Assembly (NCBI RefSeq): GCF_009914755.1
Contig: NC_060938.1
Reading direction: 5' to 3' (one strand)
Source of the DNA: the human T2T-CHM13v2.0 reference genome, Homo sapiens
DNA: 64,000 nucleotides
Positions 12,612 to 24,059 of the stretch are shown here, piece by piece. The position numbers and the translations under genes are program-made. The notes under the pieces are model-generated. The model saw only the letters and a list, made by a program, of their open reading frames with translations. It made no database searches and was not told the origin of the DNA. The stretch's first letter is position 1. Each line of letters begins with the position of its first letter.

Positions 12612-14799
12612 TATTTGTGGATCTTTGAGCTTCCTATGTCTCTTGTAAGACTTGAGAAGTTTTTAGCTACTATTGTATTTTATAAGTTATCTATGCCTTT
12701 CTCATCTTTTCTTCTGGAATGCCCAAAATTCAAATATTTGGTGGTTTCATGGTGTCTCATGTCTTACATAGCTTTCTTCATTTTTTTTTTTTTGTTCTGA
12801 GTTATTGCAAAAGACCTGTCTTTGAGTTCAGAAATTCTTTCTCACGCTTGATCTAGTCTATTGTTAAGGCTTTCAGTTCTTTTTTTTTTTTTTAAATTTT
12901 GCTCATTGAATTGTTAAGTTGCAGGATTTCTGTTTGGTTCTTCTTTATGATAATTATCTGTTTGTTAAATTTCTCATTTAGATAATGAGTCATTATTCTG
13001 ATTTCTTTGTATTGTTTATTTATGCTCTCTCATGTATCACTGAGCTTCTTAAAGATCATTAAGTTTAATTCTTTTTCAGGCATTTCATAGATGTCTTTTT
13101 TGTTGGAATCTGTTGCTGGATAATTATTCTGTTCTCTTGGGGTGTTATGTTTCTTTGCTTTTTCATGTTTCATGTGTTCTTACATTGGTATCTACATATC
13201 TGGTATAACAGCCACTTTTTCCAATTTTATGGATTGGCTTTCATAGAACAATGTCTTTTCCTTATAGGTGTATCTACAGTGGTGGCTGGGTAAAGCACTT
13301 CGGCTTTGATTCTGGGAAGAGGCAGTAGTGTAGTCTCTGTGTGATTTCTTTGGGTATAATCAGTATCAGTGGTGCCTGTGAGTTCCTGAGTATCTTAGGC
13401 TGCAGTTATTAGTGGAGGCTACGGTAAAACTTTTCTCAAATGGGGACACCAGGTGGGCTGGTCTTTGGGCACCAGTGGTGGCAGTGGTGGGTTGGATATG
13501 CTGATCTTTGGGCCCCTGGGAAGTTACATGAGCATTGATGGTAGTGGGTTTTTTCAGGTCAATTATTAAGCCTCCAGATGGCTTGCTTGGGTGCCAGCAG
13601 TGGCAGCAGTGGGCCAGGTCTTGGTGATGGACCCAAGGCAGGAGGGTCCTTGGGTCTCTGGGTGGTTTGTTTGGCATTTGTGATGGCAGTAGCAGTGTCA
13701 GGCCAACCCTTAGCCTCCCACAAAGCATGTGCATATGTTAGTGGTGGCAGTAGTAGGCTGGGTGGGCTAGTCCTCAGGCCCTTAGGTGGCATGTGCAAGT
13801 GGTTGATGGCAGTGGTGGTGGCAGCCGGATGGGCAGGCCTGTCCTCTGGCTCCTGGTAGGTGTGCATAGGGGTGCCAGTGGTGGTGGGAAGAATGGGTCA
13901 ATCTCTGGGACCCAGATGATGTGTGTGAGTGCTGTTAGGCTGTGTGGGGATGATCTCAGTCTCCCAGAAGGTGTGCATGGGAGCCTGTAGTAGCAGGAGG
14001 GGCAGGTCCATCTGTAGACACCTGGATGATGCATGTGGTCACTGATAGGGGCTGTGCCAGCCAAAATAGTCCTGTCCTCAAGTCCTCTGATGATATGTGC
14101 TGGTGCAGACTGCAATGGGTGGGGTGGGTTGATATCCAGGCCCCCAGATGGTGCACTTGAGTGGCAGCAGAGGTGATGGTAGCAGCAGTGGGTAGGGTGG
14201 GCCTGTCCACAAGCCCTGGGACAGACTCCATGTGGGCCAGTCCCCAGGACCCTAGAAGTGGCACTGCTGTATGGGTTGGGGAGGGTGGCGATACAGGGTT
14301 GCTGTCAGTGGCAGTGGTCCCAGGCAGATGGCTCTCAGGCTCTGAGGAACATGTGCTTTGGCTCACTTTGTCTCAGGGACAGGCTTATGCTGAATTCTTA
14401 TGTTCTGTCTTAGAAATACTATTTGATACGTGATTATCTACCTACTGTTGTAGTCTTTCTTTGTGGAGGAAGCAAGTGCTGGCTGCCTCTAGCCAGCTAT
14501 CTTTATCACCTAATATTAAATGGAAAAAGTAGAGTGTAAAACTATACAATTTGACAGAATTGTGGGAAAAGGGCAATAATCAGAACAACAATTTTATGTG
14601 ATTCTTATTTTCACTTTATATTATTGATTTTTTTCTATAATGGAAATATATTCGTTTTATAAGCAGGAGAAGAAATGTAGAGCACATGATCCTTATAAAC
14701 AGTAAACACCATTAAGCATTTTGATAGAGACAAGCCAGCAGTTTGGCAAAATAATTTCCTTTTCTTCTGAGGGAAGAAATGTAGTTCATTTCATTGATG

Positions 14800-15500
14800 A
14801 GCTACGTTGTCCACCTCACTTGGGGTTAGGTGTGGCTGTGTGATTGTTGCAGTAAATGAACGTGAGTGGAAATGATGTGGGCACCTTCCAGACCTGGCCC
14901 AGAACACACTCCTATGCCTGATCATCTAGGCTTTTCCTCTTCCATGGTTTGATGCAGAAGAAGTTGGGGAAGGATCTTTAGAGAACTGAGCCTGGATCTC
15001 TTAATCCTGGGCTGACCATGTAATTTGTTGGCCAAACTGGAACACGTAAGAATAAAAGGATGCAACTGTTCACTGGGAATATTCATTTTGTACTGTGTGT
15101 GGGCAAGATACCAACTTCGGCCGGGCGTGGTGGCTCACACCTGTAATCCCAGCGCTTTGGGAGGCCGAGACGGGCGGATCACGAGGTCAGGAGATTGAGA
15201 CCATCCTGTCTAACACGGTGAAACCGCATCTCTACTAAAAATACAAAAAATTAGCCGGGCGTGGTGGCGGGCGTCTGTAGGCTCAGCCACTCAGGAGGCT
15301 GAGGCAGGAGAATGGCGTGAACCCGTAAGGCGGAGTTTGCAGTGAGCCGAGATCGTGCCACTGCATTTCAGCCTGAGCGACGGAGCGAGACTCTGTCTCA
15401 AAAAAAAAAAACAAACAAAAAAAGAACAGAAATCAACTTCTGTTGTGCTAGTCACTGAAATTCTGAAGCTTATTTGTTATAATAGGGTTATCTTAATTCA
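14800..15500 (+). mobile_element. Degraded MLT1-type (ERVL-MaLR) LTR interrupted by AluY
   Basis: MLT1-like motifs (gttaggtgtggctgtgtga...gagtggaaatgatgtgggcaccttcc; ctgttgtgctagtcactgaaattct...ttatttgtta). Boundaries approximate. Confidence 0.45.
15119..15422 (+). mobile_element. AluY
   Basis: Dimeric Alu with Y diagnostics (GGATCACGAGGTCAGGAG, CTAACACGGTG, GAATGGCGTGAACCC); approximate TSD ...CAACTTC. Confidence 0.93.
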
Positions 15501-15927
15501 CACATGTACAAACTTAAGCCAACCTTTTTCTCATATGGAATATTGTTAAAAAATAAAGTTAATATAATAATCGTAAAATTTAAAAAGTTGAATACATTAC
15601 AAAATAGAAAGAAGAATCATGTCAGCCTTAATCCTACCACCCAGCTGACCGTTAACAGAGATGTACTTTCACCCAGATTGTTTCTTTGTATATTTTTACA
15701 TAGATGTGACTAAAATATATTTATTTTTGAATCATATATTTTAAATTAACATAAACATTTTCCTCATTTTATTAAAAATCTATTAGTGAATATCATTTTA
15801 AAATGTTATTCATATCTAATAAACAGACTTTTAATTTACTAAATAATACATAAAAGTTATAGAAAAATTAAGAAAATAGATACATAGGAAGCAAAAATGC
15901 CTACAGGAAAAAGGTGTATATAAGCAT

Positions 15928-16220
15928 GGCCAACTGTGATGGTTCATACCTGTAATACCAGCACTTTGGGAGGCCGAGGCAGGTGGATCACCTAAGGTCA
16001 GGAGTTTGAGACCAGCCTGGCCAATGTGGTGAAACCCCCTCTTTACTGAAAATACAAAAAATTGGCTGGGGGTGGTAGCACATGCCTGTAATCCCGGCTA
16101 CTTGGGAGGCTGAGGCAGGAGAATCACTTGAACCACAGTGACCCGAGATCACACCACTATACTTCAGCCTGGGTGACAGAGCGAGACTCTGTCTCAGGGA
16201 AAAAGAAAAAAAGAAAAAAA
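15928..16220 (+). mobile_element. AluS (Sx/Sz-like)
   Basis: Dimeric Alu; TSD GTGTATATAAGCA at 15914-26 and 16221-33. Confidence 0.92.
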
Positions 16221-16928
16221 GTGTATATAAGCACAAATTTAATTGTAGTATATACCAATCTATAATCTAGTTTTAGCATAAACATACCTGGTGAATATTC
16301 TTCCATGTGACAAAATGTAGTTATATATCGTAACTTCAGGGATTTCATAGTGTTTAATAATATGCAGCTTTAAAAAATGAATCCCCCAATTAGTGCTGGA
16401 TATTTGCATTGTTTCTAAGATTTTACTTGTATACCAAGGTTGTTATAAGGAAAAACTGTGTTCAGTTTTCTTTGTGTGGTTGATGGCTAGGTCAAATACT
16501 TTTTTTTCCACATAAAATCCAGCTCCTGCAGGTCAAAGAATCTCTTTTCTTTTTTGGATCTTTGTGTACAAGCCGTGAAAATACCGTTTTCTCAATGCTT
16601 ATACTGAATCTGAATATTATCATTTTTGTAAATCCTTCCCAATCAGATAAGCAAAAGTTATTATTTTAATTTGTATTGATTAATTATTTTCCAAATGTTT
16701 ACTTTTTTCCAAATGTTTATGAGTTTTTTTTTTTAAAAATGAACTTGCCTATTAATGTTGTTAGCCTAGTTTTTTATAGCTGTGGATAATGTAGATGTTA
16801 ATGGCTGCAAAATGGATATGTTGAATGCATGATATTTTACCATTTCCCTATTTTGGACATGAATACTGATTCTAATATGGGCTCTATTATTAAATAATGT
16901 TGCAATGAACATATTTATGAATAACCTT

Positions 16929-16952
16929 CACACACACAACACACACACACAC
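16929..16952. repeat. Interrupted (CA)n microsatellite
   Basis: Two CA runs separated by a single extra A. Confidence 0.8.
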
Positions 16953-17665
16953 TCTTCAGATCTTACATAGGATAAAGTCCCATGCTCAATGTCAAGTGTT
17001 TCTGTTAGATCTAAGAGGGAAGACTGACCCACCAGGCACTCTCTTACTAGGGTCCTTTGGCCCTGGTGGCAGAAATCTTTGGTCACTCTGCCGCTGTCTT
17101 TGGCTTACACCCTGGGACTCCATAGAGCTCTACTTGGCTGGTTTTTTGGGGTCTTTGTGCTTCTTCTATGTGATGGCCCCCTGACTCTTACGTGTGCTGC
17201 TGGTCACTTGCTTATCTCTGCATATATTGACTCCTCTCTCACCTGTGCTGCTGCCAGTACTGCTTCCCAGGGAAAGGCTTGGGAGATAGACATCATGACA
17301 GCCTTATGTGAAAAATAAGTCTATTTGTTTTTCCTCTTATTTTTCAATGTGCTGGATTTTTTCCCTGTATGCGTGTGATTTATTTGTTATTCTTTTCAGT
17401 GAAGTTTCTACTTTTTTCAGTGTTGGTCCCATTTGATTCAGTGTTTGCCAGCTATTGTGAGTTTACAGTGTTCTGTCACATTTAACTCATTAGCAGTACT
17501 ATTTGAGAGATCAGGATCCTAAATAAAGTCAACGGGGTCACTATTATATTAACTGTCTCACACTTGAACTGTAGCATTTCTTAAGTTTGTGGACTGAGGT
17601 TAATGTCTTCTATATGCAGAATAAACAAAGCCAAGGCTGCTCTGGTTGTCTTCTTCCTTCCTTCC

Positions 17666-18024
17666 TGATATAATTTGGCTCCGTGTCCGCACCCAAATTT
17701 CACCTTGAATTGTAATAATCCTCACATGTCATGGGAGGGACCCAGTGGGAAGTTATTGAATCGGGGGGGCCAGTTTTTCCTGTGCTGTTCTCGTGATAGT
17801 GAATAAGTCTCACGAGATCTGATGGTTTTATAAAGGGGAGTTCCCTGCACAAGTTCTCTTGCCTGCCGCCATGTAAGACATGACTTTGCTTTTAATTCAC
17901 CTTCCGCCATGATTGTGAGGCCTCTCCAGCCATGTGGAATTGTGAGTCAACTAAACCTCTTTCCTTTATAAATTACCCAATCTCAGGTAAGTTCTTATTA
18001 GCAATGTGAGAACAGACTAATACA
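17666..18024 (+). mobile_element. Solo THE1 (THE1C/D-like) MaLR LTR
   Basis: TGATATAATTTGGCT...GAACAGACTAATACA termini, 359 bp, 5-bp TSD CTTCC on both sides. Confidence 0.92.
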
Positions 18025-19383
18025 CTTCCACACCTCTGGACACAGACTCCACTGAGCATAGATTAAAAACTTTAGGACCTGAGAATCTCCAAGTCTCTTC
18101 TAATTTCACACACTGTCCTTCTGGAATCAAGCCAGATCATGCATGTGAGGCTGTAATGAACACTACAGGTAGAATATAGATAATTTAATTATTTTTAAAA
18201 CAAGATTTCTTGTAGATTATAAATACAGATCCGTTTGTGCCAAACTGACCTGCCTGGTAGAAGCAGAGGAACCAGGAGAATTGAGATGAAACTTTTTATC
18301 ATTGTAAAATTTCCAAAAGCAGGGACAGGGCCTATTATATGCCTGGCACAAAGAGAGAGATCAGCAAGTATTAGTCTATTGATAACTGGCATAGTGTTAC
18401 TTCCAGCCCAGTGGCCCTGGAGCCCTCTGGTGCACAGCTGCCATAACCCCAGATTGCCAACAGGGGGAGTCTGGGTATGAGGCCAGGCTAGGCTGAAAGA
18501 TGTTGAGGCTGCTGAGTGGCTCCCCAGAAGGTGATGCCTGAGACCCTGGGGAAAGCTGCACTGGACTGAGGGCCTCAGCTAGCCCTGCCCAGGTGGAAGG
18601 TGAGAGCTGGCTCCTCTGATCAGCATCAGGTGGGCTGGCAGCCGAGGTCTGGCTGGGACAAGCAGTAGAGAAGAATTCACACAGAGCTGGGAACTCTGTT
18701 AGGGACATGAGAGAGAGGCTGGCTTCAGAACAGGGTGATCTAGAAGGGAAAGAAACTGGTAGCCAGGGCACTTGGGTGAAAAACTCTTGGGAGCTGGGAA
18801 GGCCGGCCAGGAAGGAAGAAGGTTGACTGAGCTCAGGGCTGGGCCCAGGGCAGGGAAAAGGGACCTAGGTGCAGAGGAGCATCTCAACCTCCTAAGCTGC
18901 AGGCAGACCTGGCTGTGGGAGAAGCCTGCCCCCATCGGAGGGACAGGCCCTGAAAATAGGAAACTGAGTACTCATGGCATGGCCCCTGGCCTTCTGAGTC
19001 CCTGGAGTTATTTCCTTTCCACTGCCCTGCTCCATTCTCTGCTACGTTGTTAGGGGAGTAGGTAGTTGGTTTAGAGACGATAAGAAATTCCTAACGTCCA
19101 GAGAGGTTTATTTTTTTTTGTGAAGGGAGAGGGGTGAAGATTGTTTGTTTATAATGGAGTTCAAACCAGCTCTAACAGAGGGTTCAGTATCAAAGACATG
19201 TGATTGGGAAATTAGTGAAAAAACTGTACAGCATGGGGTTTAGGGAGGAGGGAGGGCTGGGGGAGAAAGGAAGAAGCAAAAGCCAGAACTGACAGCAGAC
19301 GGCTGCCTGGAGCAGTGTTGTTGCATATTGAAGATGGTTCAGTGAATAAATAAGACTTCAGTCATATTTACACCAGAGATCCA

Positions 19384-19389
19384 TTTATT
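19384..19389 (-). terminator. GZMH polyadenylation signal AATAAA
   Basis: tttatt on + strand, about 95 nt past the stop codon; same position relative to stop as in GZMB. Confidence 0.85.
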
Positions 19390-19484
19390 ACAGTCCTGCA
19401 ACCCCGACTGCCCACCCCTTGGGGATTCTTGCCTCTGTCCCAGAGATGGTCAGGCCCAGAGGAAGGTTAGTCTCATGCCTGCTG

Positions 19485-19628
19485 TTAGAGGCGCTTCATT
19501 GTTCTCTTTATCCAGGGCAGGAAGTGTGAGACCTTGATGTAGACTCCTGGAGGTGTCCCTTTTTTGTTTCCATAGGAGAGAATACCTTGGGCTACGTCCT
19601 TACACACGAGGGGCCCCCCGGAGTCCCC
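19485..19628 (-). CDS. GZMH: GZMH exon 5 coding part (catalytic Ser, stop)
   Basis: cacag|GGGGACTCCGGGGGGCCC...AAGCGCCTCTAA. Confidence 0.97.
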   Translation of the reverse strand, partial: GDSGGPLVCKDVAQGILSYGNKKGTPPGVYIKVSHFLPWIKRTMKRL

Positions 19629-22495
19629 CTGTGAACAGAGAGAGGAAAGACTGAGCTAGTGTTCCCTGGGATGGGTGGTCTCTGTTATGGATTTTGTGTG
19701 ACATCAGTGCCAGGCAGGCCTTGTCACTCACCTCCCTCAGTCCTGGGTCTCCAGCATGGCCCTGGCTGTGCTTTCTGGCTCTCCCCAGACCAAGCCTTTC
19801 TCTGCAATTCTCACGGACACTTTGGTGATAAGTGACTGTCGGATGACAGATCCTTCCCCTCCAGCCACCCCAGTCCACCCAAGGAGTGGACTAAAGACTA
19901 GATTCCAGGGGGACACAGGCTGCCCAAGCTCTGGGCTGAGAGCATAAAGATCTGGCCACTGTCATACCCCAGAACTCCCTCAAGTTCCTCTCTCCCTGTG
20001 GTCTTTCTGGGTAGAGGCTGGAAACCCAACCTTGAAACCGGTCTGTGTCTTCTTTGGATCCCCCACACAAATCTCAGTGGCTCTGCTGTAATTGCCATGG
20101 AAGAGACGTTCACACTGGCAGTCCTTCTGCACTGTCAGCAACACTTCCTGCAGTGTGGTTGCTAAAGTGCTCATTGAGACATAACCCCAGCCAGCCACAC
20201 TGCACAGCTGCCCTGGCTTCACCTGGGCCTTGCTGCTAGGTAGCCTGAGAGGCCGCACAGCTGTGGTCCACTTGGCCTTTCTCTCCAGCTGGTGGGGAAG
20301 AAGCAAGAAAGTCCAGGTCAGGCAATGGCCTTCTGGGCCCCGACACAGTGATGGGGCTGCACAATCTTCCCTCTCCTCTAAGGCACAGGAACTGACCAAG
20401 AGGTCAGGATGGAAAGGAGGAAAGGGCCGGCATCCCAGTGGGAGTGGAACCAACTGGACCAAGAAGAGCAAGAGTGGCAGGAGTGTGCCTCACCTGCAGT
20501 AGCATGATGTCGTTGGAGAAGTTCTTAGGATTATAGGCTGGATGGGGGATGGGTCTTTTCACAGGGATAAACTGCTGGGTCCGCTCCTGTTCCTTGATAT
20601 TGTGGGCCCCCAAGGTGACATTTATGGAGCTGCACAGAGAGCAGAGTGAGGATGGGGGTGGAGTCACAGGGGATAGAGCCCAGGAGCAGTGAAGAGCAGA
20701 TGACAGCTGTGGCAGGGTAGGGCTGCAGCTGAGGGGAAGTTGAAGGGACAGGAGGGCTCCAGGGCTGAGTGACTGTGCCCTCTACTTCACAAAGACATGA
20801 AGAGTAGGGCTTCTGGGGGCTCTCTCTTGCCTTCAGGAAATATCATGAAATTGCTCGAGTTTGCATTTTGATCCTTAATGCATGGATTCAACCTTTACTA
20901 CTGCCTTATTGGGCCAGTGTGTGAAACCATGCCACTTGCTCTGACCTCTGACCCTCTGACCCTCTGACCCTGTCCTATTTCTCAGCCTTTCATCATCTTA
21001 GTCCTATTCCCAGGTGGCTGCTCCGATGAGCTTTCATGGGCTTGTGTTACCAGGAACTCTGGAAGCTCCCCTGGGCTGCAGTCCCCAGGAGAAAACAAGG
21101 GTCCCTGTAGGGGGAACTCAGGAGGTGAGCTGGTGCTGCTCCTTACCTTCCCTGGCAGTGAGCAGCTGTCAGCACAAAGTCCTTTCTCACTAGGATGCCG
21201 CCACACCTCTTCCGACTCTTCTCTTGCAGAAACTGAACAAAGGCCATGTAGGGGCGGGAGTGGGGCTTGGCCTCATGGCCCCCGATGATCTCCTCTGAAA
21301 GGAAAGACTGGAAGATAAAGTAGCTGGGGATGGCTGCAGTCAGGAGAGAAGGCTTAGGACGACAGTGATTGAGGGTGAAGTGTTTTGTGTGCTGCAGACA
21401 GTGAGGGAGGGGTCCTCCTGAGCTCTGCAGGCAGTACTCCTTGCAGGCAGAGCAAGCTTTTCTGAACTTTAAGTCTCAGAACCTTCTCTCAGAAAGAATG
21501 GACAGTGCTTGACTTCTGCATCCTACTGCAGAAACACACATGGAGGAAGAAAGATCTATTTTCACAGTGGTAGAGCCCCAGAGGATCCTGGACAGGACTT
21601 CCCAGGCTCCTCCTTTTTAGTGAGTCTCTCTGATTCCTCTGAGCCTCTGCTGTCCTCCTGATTGGTGCCATTTTCTAATGATCTACCCATGAGCTTCTGG
21701 AGTTGGATTTTCTAAAATTCTCATGTGCCAGGGCTGAACACATTCTAGGTTCTCAGTAAGTGTTGTTTGGTGCATAAATGAATAGCCTCCAATTAGCCTT
21801 TGGCTGAGGTTTAGTGGGGGTAGTGCTGGTGGGATTCAGGACCTCAGGGATGTTAGAGGGGGTTATCACCAGGTCAGTGGAGTAGCTGAGGGCCTGCAAA
21901 GGCAGAAGGAAGTGGAGAAATCAACTAAAAATGAATCGCAAAGCCCAGGTGGAGCCAAGGTAATGGGAGAGCTATGGACACAGTCATCTTGCCATCTCTG
22001 AGATCAGTTGCACCATGGGCTTCCCTCCTGGCAGGGGTGACTGGGTGGGGGCACTGAATAAGTGGTTCTTAAGCTGAGTCCAGTAACAACTCCTATGACT
22101 GCAACTTGGTGTCTGAGCTCCTCTTTTCTGGGTTGGAGTGTAGAGTAATAATTACTTATCTTTTTTAGCTTCACATTCCCTACCAAATGCCTTTCTAAGA
22201 ACAATCCACACTCCAGGTCATAAAGGAGAGGTCTAGGGAGAGGCTAACACCCATTAAACCTTTTAGGGAACACCCTTCATTTTTCCATCTTTGCTGAGTG
22301 TCTATCTAGCCTCAGATTTATAAGTCTGGGTGTGGAATGGGAGGTGGGCTCAGATTGAGGAAAATTCCTGACCAGTGCTCATGGGTACAGGGTATCTTAT
22401 AAGATGGGTTCAGGCCTCTGGAATAGGGATAGTCACTTACCTGTCCCAGCCCCAGGGGTCAGAAGAAAGGCCAACAGGAGGAGGAATGGCTGCAT
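19485..22495 (-). CDS. GZMH: Granzyme H (chymotrypsin-like S1A serine protease), 5 coding exons, 246 aa
   Basis: Exons 22441-22495 (55 nt), 21147-21294 (148), 20494-20629 (136), 20031-20288 (258), 19485-19628 (144) sum to 741 nt; all introns GT-AG. Protein: [36 protein letters not shown]..., triad motifs TAAHC / NDIMLL / GDSGGP, ends WIKRTMKRL*. Gly in PPGVYIK at the S1 position 226 (chymotrypsin numbering), consistent with chymase-like specificity. Confidence 0.99.
20031..20288 (-). CDS. GZMH: GZMH exon 4
   Basis: [17 protein letters not shown]...[14 protein letters not shown]; donor GTTGGG. Confidence 0.96.
20494..20629 (-). CDS. GZMH: GZMH exon 3 (catalytic Asp)
   Basis: [45 protein letters not shown]; gtgcag acceptor, gtgagg donor. 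Confidence 0.97.
21147..21294 (-). CDS. GZMH: GZMH exon 2 (EE propeptide, IIGG N-terminus, catalytic His)
   Basis: tttcag|AGGAGATCATCGGG...CACTGCCAGGGAAG|gtaagg. Confidence 0.97.
22441..22495 (-). CDS. GZMH: GZMH coding exon 1 (signal peptide)
   Basis: ATG at 22495-22493; [18 protein letters not shown]; donor GTAAGT at 22440. Confidence 0.97.
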
Positions 22496-23454
22496 TTTCT
22501 CAGGAAGGCTGCCCAGGTCAGAGCTGTTGGTGTTGACTCCTTCCAGAAACAAATGCTGGAGGGAGATGAAGGAGGGATGGGTACAGTAACCTCAGAGACC
22601 TCCTAGACTTGTCCCCTTCTGGTTTTGATGGGTGTCATTATAGAAGGTGGTTTATTAAAATTATCTGGTTTGGTTTAAGTTGACATGGCACTGTCACATT
22701 TACACCCCTGCTGCTGAGTAACAAGGTGAAAGCAAGAATAAAGAACAAGGAGGTGGAGCTGTTGAAGCTGTGGCTGCAGCTAGCAGAAAGGCTGGTACTG
22801 CAGAAGCTCCTCAGTGACTGAGAACCAAGAATGTCTCCTTTTCTCAGTTCTTGGCTCTTTTTCTACTCAGATAAAATCATGAATAATTATTTAGCAAGCC
22901 AGATCCAGGGATATGAGAGACATGGCTCTTGCCCTTGAAGAATTGATGGTTAGCAAGAGTAGACTGAAAATCTGGGGTTAGAGCACAAGATGGTAAGGGC
23001 CGTGGTGGGGAAATCTGCTTGTTGGTGTGAGACGGAGGCTGGACTTGCCTTAGCAGTATGCAGAGTTGCACACACCCAACAAATACTGCAAATGGCAACC
23101 CATTCCTATCTTACCACTATCTCAGATTCATATTTTTGGGATATTTAGAATCCCCTCTTTAAATATAAATATTCTGTGACAAAGATAACTTTTTTTATTC
23201 CACAGTTCTGCACAAAAGTTCTGGACTTGATATTTATTGAACCAAAATGAGTCATCATTGGGTCCACTGAAGTGTAGTGGACTGATTGCTTTATGCTTTG
23301 GTTATTTAGCCCTCCTTAAGCTGAGGTGGGGACTGTTCCACTCCATCTATGGTGCTTATGAATGAGGAGGGGATTTCCCTTGAGAAATGCTAGTTGTTGT
23401 TGCCAGGTGATGGAAAAATGGATGCTGATCATCCTGATAATAATTGTTCACTAA

Positions 23455-23981
<527 letters not shown>

Positions 23982-24059
23982 TTAAGCATGTTTCCTTCTA
24001 CTATTTTTCTAGGTATTTATAAGGTGCTATTCCTGCTATTACTTTAACAGAACTGGGAT

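Larger units (their letters stand above)
723..14502 (-). mobile_element. Old L1M (L1MA-like) element hosting nested insertions; pieces 723-944, 9199-11192, 12612-14502
   Basis: ORF2 remnants (e.g. 9651-10130 MDLTDIYRSLYPT..., endonuclease region), degraded ORF1, GC-rich 5' region 13300-14500 ending in AAGATAGCTGGCTAGAGGCAG (minus). Host sequence reads through across the insertion junctions. Confidence 0.75.

Noticed and set aside
13366-14433. Cluster of overlapping 90-136 aa ORFs in GC-rich semi-repetitive DNA
   Set aside because: Lies in the 5' region of the old L1M; stop-poor composition explains the ORFs.
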